In this document: in pieces, positions 1 through 10,800 of the stretch
How positions within the stretch are numbered: position 1 is the stretch's first letter
Layout: every line of letters starts with the position of its first letter
Source: Aduncisulcus paluster
Taxonomy: Eukaryota
Assembly: GCA_024181965.1 (NCBI GenBank)
Contig: BQXS01009689.1
Location: 1 to 33,916 of the forward strand
DNA length: 33,916 bases
Direction of reading: 5' to 3'
Made by a program: the position numbers and the translations under genes
The notes under the pieces: generated by a model
Database searches by the model: none
Seen by the model: only the letters and a program-made list of their open reading frames with translations
What the model was told of the DNA's origin: nothing

Positions 1-125
1 TGATGAAAAAAGTAGCCTGTTCCTTGGCTGATGAAGAAGCCATGGAGGATACCTCATGTGACAATGTTGCTGCCATTGATACCATTTATGAAACATCTGG
101 GAAAGATTCAGGCTGTGGATGTTAA
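1..125 (+). CDS. 3' end of a probable Rab-family small GTPase (partial; 5' part outside window)
   Basis: The frame from position 3 reads MKKVACSLADEEAMEDTSCDNVAAIDTIYETSGKDSGCGC* (TAA 123-125) and is followed by T-rich 3'UTR-like sequence. A helix-like segment, an acidic hypervariable tail and a terminal CXC match a Rab geranylgeranylation C-terminus. No G-box motifs are visible in the window. Confidence 0.6.
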   Translation, partial: MKKVACSLADEEAMEDTSCDNVAAIDTIYETSGKDSGCGC

Positions 126-509
126 ATTGACTCAGCTATATTCTTTCTGGTGGCTTATATTTAATTATATTACTCCAATTCAGTTTTTGTTGTTTTTCTA
201 ATGCCAAGTGGTCTGTTTTTATATTTTTATAATTTTTTTTGTTATATTCTCTCTCTTTTACAAAGTCAAATGAGAGAAATGGTGAATATAACAGTTAGCT
301 ATCTTCTTCAGAAATATTTCTTTTTTGTTTGTTTTTTACTATTGGACATCTAGTTCTAAAACCTAGATCTATAAAATTCTTCATCATTATCTATAGATTT
401 CGAGAGATTTTTAAGTCGGTTCATATATATTGGCCAATTTCCGTGGATTCAAAAATCTCCTGAGAAAATGTGTGAAATCTCAATAAAATATCATAAAATT
501 TTACAATCA

Positions 510-1502
510 TCACTTTTTTATCCGACTATCCCTATATGCCTCCCATTTCTCACTCAATAAATCCACAACCTGAGCCGTCACATTCTTGAATATTTTGAAA
601 CGAAGTGGTCCCAACATCACACCTCCCCAACGCCTTGACACCACCACACAGGCACAACTTACCTTCTTTTGCTGTAGAATAAAGGATAAACAGGGTCCAG
701 CATGAGCTTCACCATCCTCGTCGAAACCATCTTCGAGAGAGACGGATCCAGAACCAGAGCAGGAACATGAGAAGTGCTGGAATGGATCAGGAGGCATCTC
801 ATGACAACACGAATGACATATTCTAAAGGCCATAACATTATGAGTTGCAGTTCTCACATCTTTAAATAGATCTTTGAGATACTGAACGAAAGCAGGGGCT
901 TGTGTCGGATGATGGAGAAAACATCCAAATCCACGAAACGAACTCTTCATTTCTGTATGAACAGGTGTTGACACAATATATGGAAGCAATGATACAGGAG
1001 GAAAAGAGGTGATTGGAAGCAGATCTGATATCTTTTCACTATCTATTTCATCACCACTAACAAGTGGTTTAATAGGTTGAACTGATCTTTTCTGGGACTT
1101 TGTTTTCCCGTTTCTTTTGGTTCTCAATCGGTGAGATCGACCAGAAAGTATAATAGTGTCCTTTTGGATATCGTTCATAATAACATCCTTAACTGCCATA
1201 CAACAGGCATACATACCATCTTCAAGGGATTCTTGAGCTTTTAGTAAGCATTTTTCAGTATTTATGCAACGTGTAACCCCATCCACACGTTTCGGTTTGA
1301 CCATAACTGTTGGGTGGTCAAAAATACATTCAAAATCCAATTTTCCAATAATTATATCTGGACTACTATCATCTCGAATAGAAATCGATAAATTGGTCCT
1401 ATCATCAGATTCAATAACATCTCCAGGAAGAAAAATCGATCTCAACACAGCTACTTCAGAATTGAACCTTTCATGATCTAATTCTAAACCAAAAAAGGGC
1501 AT
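510..1502 (-). CDS. IMPACT: IMPACT/YIH1 family protein (RWD-like N-terminus plus UPF0029 'ancient' domain), 330 aa
   Basis: Motifs KSSF, ATHNVMAFRI, FDEDGEAHAG and VVVSRRWGGVMLGPLRFKIFKN correspond to the IMPACT consensus (KSxF, ATHNIxAYRI, DDDGExxAG, VVVSRWYGGxxLGPDRFKHI). The N-terminal EVAVLRSIF resembles the first RWD helix (ExxALxSIY). Confidence 0.92.
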   Translation of the reverse strand: MPFFGLELDHERFNSEVAVLRSIFLPGDVIESDDRTNLSISIRDDSSPDIIIGKLDFECIFDHPTVMVKPKRVDGVTRCINTEKCLLKAQESLEDGMYACCMAVKDVIMNDIQKDTIILSGRSHRLRTKRNGKTKSQKRSVQPIKPLVSGDEIDSEKISDLLPITSFPPVSLLPYIVSTPVHTEMKSSFRGFGCFLHHPTQAPAFVQYLKDLFKDVRTATHNVMAFRICHSCCHEMPPDPFQHFSCSCSGSGSVSLEDGFDEDGEAHAGPCLSFILQQKKVSCACVVVSRRWGGVMLGPLRFKIFKNVTAQVVDLLSEKWEAYRDSRIKK

Positions 1503-1568
1503 CCATAAAATATTAAATGAAAATCAATTATCACTAGCAAGAAAAACACATTTAAGATTAATTTGCTT

Positions 1569-1576
1569 TTTCGCGT
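1569..1576 (-). promoter_or_regulatory. ACGCGAAA (E2F/SCB-like) candidate promoter element upstream of IMPACT
   Basis: A CG-rich octamer in a very AT-rich spacer, about 70 nt upstream of the ATG. The same octamer recurs upstream of PLRG1. Confidence 0.3.
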
Positions 1577-1807
1577 GTTATTTGCAAATTACAAAAAATA
1601 TAAAGGTTTTAATTTCTTTATTCTAATGTTTATCTTTTATTTATAAATTGAAATATGTAATTCTTGATTAGTTATTTGTAAGAAATCCGGATTGGAACAA
1701 AATGAGATGCTGAGAGGAGGTGAATAATTAATTCCCGAAGATTATTTCTATATTTACAGCATAATATACATCCATAATAGACAACTTTCATTTTATTTGC
1801 GTAAGAA

Positions 1808-4800
1808 TTACAAAATACTCTGAAGGCACTCAATCAATGGAACAATCAATTTCAATTGAATATTTGCAAGGTAAGATGCTTCTTCAAATGAGATAAAATC
1901 ATGGAATGTCCCAATAAGATCTTTTATAGGGAAGTCAACAGATGTCAGCATAGTTGTGATTTGGCCTGAAATAATCAAATGCTTCAGATAAAAAATTAGT
2001 TTGTAAGGAAGAGTTGGAGAATTACTTATTTCGATATTTGATACAACCGATTTGATTTCCTTGAAGGCATGTTTGGATGCCTTCGCTGAAAACTTATCTA
2101 AACCGCGAACAAAAGGGGTCGAATATGAGATTAGATCAGCACAATCAACTCGTTGAATACAAGAGAGATATAAGTCTGGAAGATCCTCAAAATCTATCTT
2201 TCTCTTCCCTGAAATCAAGAACAGTTTATCATGGTGATGTTGAAGAGTATCCCGATCCATGATTCGAATAGACAATTTTCCAGTTTCAAAGTAAGAATCT
2301 TTGAGTTCAGAAATCATTTCTTTCATAAAATTCAAAATATCATGCATAAGAGGAGCAAGGCCATCATGGACAAGATGATCATATTCCTCCACCAATTCTC
2401 CAAAACGATCTCTGTGGAAATCAAATTGCTCGATATCCATACCAAAATGTTCAAGGAAATTAGTAAAGATATGCATGGACCCACTTTCTCGCAGGGAAAT
2501 AAAGGAATCAGGATCAAGAATAACCTTCTGAACACTACTACACAAATGTGTAAACATCGGTTGAACGATAGCCATATCGAAAATAAGTTGCCCTTGAACT
2601 CTTCTTAGGGGTTTTGTGAAGAAAATGGAACATAATGAATCCTTAAAGAAAGCACTAGAAGGGGCTAGTAATCCAGACACGATCTCCAAATCATGTTCAT
2701 TTCTTTCTGGAGATAAGAAGTTCAAACACCTTTGTTCATGTTTAAGACATAGGTTATCCATTTGAGTATAGAAGAACAAAGCACATTTATGATGCGGTTG
2801 TTGGAATTCATTACAGGCGATCTCGAATGGATCAATCAAAAGGAAGTAATAGAGTGGAGTTTTTGGTTGGAAATCGAACCATAATTCACGATCACCACAA
2901 GTAACAGTCTCACCTTCAGGGAACACGAATGACCAATCATTTTGAATGGAGTCAAACAAACTACGAATTGTAATATTATCTGAGGAGAAAATATCATTCC
3001 TAATCATTTGTAGGAAAGTGTTTGATTTATGTTCCTCTGTTTCACTCCACAAAGATTCAAGAGGTTCATATTGAGAATCATCAACTCTATTTTGAACATG
3101 ATTCCTAATTACTCGAACAAGATCAAGCAGTTCATGAAGGAGTTTCTCCTCTTTCCATGGCATGGATTTTGATTGCATATCCATATTATCTGTTGGTCTA
3201 CGAATCATGCCCTTTTCTTCTTCTTCTTCCTCTTCTTCAAATCTACGAACAGGAGGAACTCTTGCAAGGGGAGGGAATAAATTCTCAACATCCATTGGCT
3301 GTGGCAATTTTTCATCTAAAATTCTATAAATTCGCCCCCGATTTGAGCCAGAAGAACAAGAAAAGATCTCAACTAAAGATTGAATTCTTGCAAACCACAA
3401 TTCATTTCCTTGTTTTACCTTACAATTATCGTCGTTTGATATAGCCATAGATAAATCATGAGAATGCAATACTGTTAGAATATCCATCTTAAATATTATT
3501 GGAATTATATCAAAATTCCCTTCGAAAAATTGTGTCAGGGATCCTCCATCAATAGTGTCTTTTATCCGTGAACGGTTCTTTGCTTCTTTTGCATAACAAT
3601 TTTGTGCCATTGTAGATAACTCCTTCTCTAATTTAACCTTTTTGGTGATAGTTTTAGGAAGAGGACCCGCTTCACTAAATATTATATCCTGCAAAACTTC
3701 TCCCAGAATAATAGCTTTATCCGTATCTAACCCACTATATGATTTTGAAAATAATCCAAGAGAGCTTAATGAGATTCTAAAGTAATATTCAAACAAAGTA
3801 TTTGATATGTCACATCCACTTGGTTTGGTATCATGAACTGTTCCATATAAGGACAAAATCTTAACAAAAAGGAGGATATTCCAAACAAAATGAATAATTC
3901 GATCACCTATATTCACAAATTGAAATGGCATACTCTCAGCTGCGTGAACAATATCCGAGCGACAACTCTCATCAACAATAGATATACCATCCCATTCCTC
4001 TATGAAACCACAATCTTCTGCTTTTAATTTCTGAAGTTTGGCACTGTGCAAATCCCCCAACCTCGCAAAACGTCTTGTATCCAAACCACATTTGAAACAT
4101 CCTCTTCCAAGAGCAAGATTTCTATTTCCACATTCAGAGGAACTTGGAGCAGCATCACATCCTGCAGAGGAAATCAAAATACCACAATTGGTACATTGTC
4201 TAATAATATTAGCAGAACCATAACTAACCTTTGAACGAGAGGTTGCCGCAGAATCTCCAGCAATAACACTCGTAAGACTGAAGAGATCTGACTTAGTCCA
4301 AGCAGTGGGGAAATATGTTGTATGAAGGTCAGCAAGGGTACTGTGTTCAACAGTTGATACTAAATTTGAATGAACCGAATCTTTTCCGATAACTTGCATA
4401 AAACACCCACAACAAATACCAACAAGATACCTCCAAGTTACCTCGGTTTGAGTATTCTCCCTCAAAAGTTCCCCAATTTGAGGATTTGTCCGAATAACAC
4501 CCTCACACACAGGAAACTTCATCCACTTCATAAGTTGTAAGAAACGGACTAAGAATGAAATTTGATTAGGGTTCAAAACTAATCTCAGAGACTTAACGAT
4601 ATTTTGTCCATCATCTGTTTTTATATCATTCCCATTCAGGCCGGCAATGATATCATCAATGGTATTTGTTGAATGTAATGATAATATTAATGCTAAACGA
4701 GGATAAATTGGGAATTCATTTCCATAATGCAAAGAATGAAGTATTTCAATATCTTTTTGGATAATATATTGTTGATTTTCTTTTGGAATTCCCAGGAGAT

Positions 4801-7800
4801 CAAGCACATCGTTCTTTAGCATAGGAGCATCACATCCAAGACATGCAAGCAAGAAATTTTCGAAGGTACCAAACTGTTTAGCAGCTTCTGTCTTTAGACA
4901 CCACAACGCAATGGTAGGCCAAGCCATACTCTTACCGATATTCTTCTCAGATATGACCAAATCTCGTAATTCATCATTAATTATTGATCGACAGTGTGCA
5001 TATTTTCCAGTTATATCGCTGGTTTTGCAAGAAATGATTTGTTTAATAAATGTCACAACAGAGACAGCATCTTCTCGAAGCTTTACATATCGACAAATAG
5101 AATTGAAATCAATGGGTCCAAGGGTACTACTTTCTGATGATATTGACCTTTTTCGTTTTTTCCAAGTTCCTCGCGTCCACAGAGGGAAATATCCCGAAGA
5201 AAGAGTATCTATTAATCGACCCACTCTTGTAGCTGGAGAATCTTTTCGAAGGATTGAATACATCATAGAAATGAGAGAAATAGAAAATGTTGTATGTTCA
5301 TACCGCCCCTTTTGTTCAAACTGCAACCAATCGTTGAAAATACTCGTCACAATCGGATTATATGCCACATTAGCCATTGAAAAAGCGACACCCAAAATAT
5401 CCACACTGATTAATTCATAGAGCCAGAGTGAACGTTGATCAATTGCAGTTTTAACAGCCGCATTCATGAGTTCAATAATAGCTACAAACCAATTTTGAAT
5501 TATTGTNNNNNNNNNNNNNNNNNNNNTCGTTTTTTCCAAGTTCCTCGCATCCACAGAGGGAAATATCCCGAAGAAAGAGTATCTATTAATCGACCCACTC
5601 TTGTAGCTGGAGAATCTTTTCGAAGGATTGAATACATCATAGAAATGAGAGAAATAGAAAATGTTGTATGTTCATACCGCCCCTTTTGTTCAAACTGCAA
5701 CCAATCGTTGAAAATACTCGTCACAATCGGATTATATGCCACATTAGCCATTGAAAAAGCGACACCCAAAATATCCACACTGATTAATTCATAGAGCCAG
5801 AGTGAACGTTGATCAATTGCAGTTTTAACAGCCGCATTCATGAGTTCAATAATAGCTACAAACCAATTTTGAATTATTGTTGGTTCATCAACAGAAGATT
5901 TATCCGTTAAAATGTTTTCACACAATCCACACGAGGAAAATATCAAACAGCGGACTTGTTTTTGGAATGATTCTCGCTGAATTTCAGATGATGATTCTCC
6001 AAAGCCCCGAATTGATGCAGGAATTCCTGCTAATACTCGTAAAGCGAATCTATGGAAGTGGGACATTGAATCAGTTTCAGAGTGAATGTGAAGATTGTCA
6101 AGTGAATGTTCAAAAATACCAACAATGAGCCCATCTTGTCTTTCAGAATACAAATATTTCATCCAATCGAACAAAGAATTAAGAAACATTACAAAAGACC
6201 CATCAAGGGAATCTTGAACAGTGTTACAAATTGAAATTATAAATTCAAGTCGATTTTCGAACACAAAAATATCTTTTTTGAGCTGAGAAATAAACCACGA
6301 TTTCAGTAACCAAGTAATAAAGCGAGGAACACTACTCTTTTCAATGAAAGGCTGAAATACTTCTTTCAACATTGAATCAACATCTTTTTCATCAAATTTC
6401 ATCTTAATTGTATGATATAACACATATCCAACCTTAATTTGATTGATAAGTCGATGTTTAGGAGAGAAAAGATGAGAAAGGAAAGATAAAAGCTGAGACA
6501 ATGGAATGACATCTAAGAGCAGTTCTGGTTCCTCTTCCTTCTTTTTCTTCTTGTCTTTCTTATCCTTTTTCTTATGTTTTTCTTTTTTATCCTTCTTATC
6601 TTTTTTATCTTCTGATTTTTTTGTTTTTTTCTCAAACAATTTCTTTGAACACATAGATTTGACGACTTCCTCAAGTTCAGGATTCAACTCGGAATCTTCG
6701 GTAGGGACCAAAGGAAGTCCCGAAACAGCAATAGCAAGAGAACAATATGATATAGCTTGCTTTTGGGACAGCTGTGAAGGAATATAGAAGAGATTATCAG
6801 TATTGGTCTCGGAGAAAGGCTTTTTCTTACAAATTTCATGTTCAACCAATTGAGTAAACTCCCCAGCAAATGGAACACACAAAGATGTTGGATGGGAAGG
6901 TAGATCAATCACAACTGGAATAGTTCTTGATGAAGAGACATAACTGAGGGCAATATTCAAGATCTCATCACAAGCAACAAACTTATTAGATTTCGAACTT
7001 TCTTCCTCTTCTTTTTCTCTCTTCATTGAAGTTTCCTTCTTGGACCTATGGAAAGTTGTCCACAGCTCATCAGGAACCATCTCCTTTTTGTGAGAGTCAT
7101 CGTTCAAATCTTTCAATAGAATATCAATCTTTGAATCAACAATTTTCCTCCACATATCAAACATTTCATTCGGAGTGAAAAAAGTTGATTGCTCCGAACT
7201 TGAATCAGAATTTAAGAGACGATATGAGAATAAAGGACACCACAAAGTACACCGTAGTAATGAGTTTAAAACGAGAGCATCAGACAAAATCATTAAGAAT
7301 CGTTTAAACTGGAGCAAACTCCCACGATTTCCAAATATTGATATTGGAAACATCACTTCTTTCAAGTGGATATTCATTAAATCATGATAGTGTTCCCCCA
7401 AATGGTGAAACACTTTCATTGCCAAATCTCCAATGTATGCACGACATCTTCTAGCAAGTCGAACTTCATCTCGCGAAATATCAATTCCCTTCACATCTTT
7501 TTTCTGTTCGACATCAATTAGCGAGTATTTAGAACATCTAAGCAATGAATTTTGATGAGAAGCAACAGAAATGAGACGAAGAGCATGATTGAATTGTAGT
7601 TGACAATTTCTAGCATCTATATGAACCTGATCATCAACAATATCATCGACATCTGCAAAAGAACATAAAGCACCAGGTTGAGGCGAAAAGATATCATTTC
7701 GCCGAGATTCACAGATACATACAAGGAACACACTATTTCCAAGGGATGCTCCAAATGTATTCTTAATGGTGGTGGTAAACATTTCAAGATGATTCGTTTG

Positions 7801-10800
7801 AGATATTTGAGAATCATGAGAATCGGTAAATGAAACAAGAATTACGAATTTAACCTTCGAATCTGGTCTTTTGAGACTAATTTCCTCTTCCTCATCCTCT
7901 TCCTCATCTTTGCCATCCGTTGCCTTTTCTCCTTCATGTGGCGGGGTTTTAAATTGTCCTTCTTCCTCTTCCTCCTCACTTTTTTCAACCTTTGAACTTA
8001 TTTGTTTGGCATCAAATTGTACATCCATTCCATACGCTTTCATAATACCTGATAATTCACTCTTGTAATTGGAAAGTTCGAGCTGGAGTTGCAATTTGTT
8101 TGATACGGCCGAAGAATTCAGGCACTTAACTTCGATTAGACACTCATTGGAAGAACTCAACTCTCGTTTCAAATGGGATGACATGTTCGACATGTTAATA
8201 TCCTCCCTTCCCCGAACATTGACAATACAAATTGGAAGAAAGTTTGTGATGGCAACACAAGCAGCTCTAGTAGCAGTGAGATAACGACCACTATCAATAT
8301 GAGCCGCTTCAAAGAGTGTTTGGAAATCTTCATCGTCGATATAGAGTTCATCCAGTTTTTGTTCATCGAGGGGGTTTCCTTGTCGATATGGCAAGATAGC
8401 GAGGAACTTTTGCAACAACATATTCTTTGCAAACGACTCACAATTAGCAATACTTGGTTCTCTTGGTTGTGTAGAATACCAAGTTTGGGTTTCAAACAAG
8501 ACTGAAAGAAAAGTTTTCTTAACAAATTCATCACAAGAAAAGAAAAACTCCGATGGAACAGATCTGAGGTGGAATTGAGGATACCAATTAGCAATAAACT
8601 TTAGAAAAGGCTCCTCAAATGAATTTAAAATACTCATATCGGCATCTTTTCCGGTAATTTTCACCTTTTCCAATCTCTGCAAAAGAGCACTTTCCTCAAA
8701 CTTAACAGAATCCCTTAAATCCAGACTTGACTGTTGAATTTCATTCTTTTCTGGGAAGATCAAGATGAATCTAGCTCCTTGCTTCACCTCAACTCTACGA
8801 TTTCCACTAGTTCCAAGAGAGACACGACAATATTCAACTCCTTCTCTCTTACTGTGATTTTTGTTCAAAAGATCAAACAATGCACCAAGGTTTCCAATGT
8901 TCACCAAAATTCCAATATCTCCTTTCTTGGCAACATCAATAATCCGCTCAAGCTGCTCAGCCTCCTCATCAATGTTTCGTTTATCTCCCTTTAAGGAACT
9001 TCCATAAATAATTCGAACTCTTCGATTTGGATCAACACGGGATTGAATATACTGAGCAAGAAGAGTGATAAAATGAGTAGAACATTGAACATACAAATGT
9101 CTTGCAATAACACTTGTGTCTTGAACATTGTTAATAATGGCATCAAGCAAATTTCTTGGATTTGGAGCATAATAAGGCATTTGGGAAGTTGTTGGTACAG
9201 ATAAATGATTCCGACGCATTAATTCGGCAAGTTTTTTCTGAACTTCAGCAAATACCCTTTCATCAACACCACTATAACATCTACTGGCACAAAGAGAAAT
9301 TGTTTTATAGTCTTGAACCTGACTCTTCGCAACTGAAGCAACAAACCCAAATAAGTCTCGATTTCCAACCCATCGGCTTTTCCCAACAGCCTTGGCGGTT
9401 TCCAATGCATGATAATGAGTATCAACAAGAATATCAACAAAAACAGAGCTTATTTTTGAATCACCTTGAGTCTGGTATATTTCTGTGGCAATCTCCTTCA
9501 TTTCAGCAACCTTCAAATGAGGTCTAAAAATCAACAGGGATCGTGAAGAAGGAGCAGCATCTGGAACATGGTTAGAAATACCGATAAATGAGAAAATAGG
9601 AACTGGTTGTTCAACAGATGGCTCAAGAGGTGCATGCAAAGCTTTTAAAGGATTCATTGGACTTCTATGAGCCAAACCAAGCTCATCAAATAACAATACA
9701 CTCAGGCATTCCATATTCTCAACATCTTTTCGAGAATAGAAATTCTTGGCACGATTGATGAATGTTGTCACACCAGCACTTGTAGAACTTTCTGAACCCT
9801 GATAAGCAAGACAAAACAGAATTGGAACTCCTTTTTCACGGGCGTGATATTTAAGATAGGAGAAAGCAAGTTCTGTCGAAAGAGATTTTGATGATCCTGG
9901 AGAACCCATAATGAGCAGCGGAGTTCTAGAAAGCACGCACACAAGGATTGAGATAAAATTCTCCCGCAAAGCTGCACAATTTGCTACTCCAGAAGTCTTT
10001 GTTTCACTCAACCCTCTCTGTAAGAGTTCTTTACCAACAGTTTCAACATAATCATGATAGTTTAAGTTAGAACGAGAAATATAGTATTGAAATTCAGACC
10101 TCCATGTTATTGATGGAAGTCTAAGTTCATACACAAGCATGAGAGCAAGGCACCACGCCTTCTTAACAGTAATTTTGTTACCGCTTGATCTACTGGAGAG
10201 TTGAAAAATGTTTTCGTGCGCAAGTAAAGTATAAAAAACCCGAGCAAACCTAACTGGATCTCTCAATGAACAATTCCAAGCAGATCTTTGAGCCTTTTCT
10301 CGAACGAACATATGAGCTTTTATCACGACTTCAACCAACAGTTTATAATCATAGTCTGATATATCACGAATTTTTCTTGCCTTTTGCATGAGTTTGGACG
10401 AGTGAAGAATTGAATAAATATACTCTCTTGTGTCTTTGGGATTCAATTCTCCAAAATCCATAGTTCGACACAAGAGAGAAGGAGGAAGAGGATGAACTCT
10501 GTATATTGTACTCACTTCTGAAATAAATTCGTCAGTTTCTTCCCTTGAATCTCTAGGTTTCCGATGGCGGTAAGGATTCGTGGCGATTACAATTCCAATG
10601 TTTTCATGGAGAAGAACACTTCCAATACTTCTATTCTTTGCCATATTACAAACAACATCAATTAGATCTGATGCATTGGATTCATCAATGAAAAGGATTA
10701 CCAAAGCTTTTTCTCTCAGACCCTGGATTTTTTCGTTGTGGGCTTTAAAATCGAGGATTTCTGGAACACCTGATTTCGGACTTGTATCCAATTCACGGAG

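Noticed and set aside
261-272. 12-mer caaagtcaaatg shared with 32831-32842, both downstream of + strand genes
   Set aside because: A single 12-nt match between AT-rich spacers is compatible with chance, and the distances from the stop codons differ.
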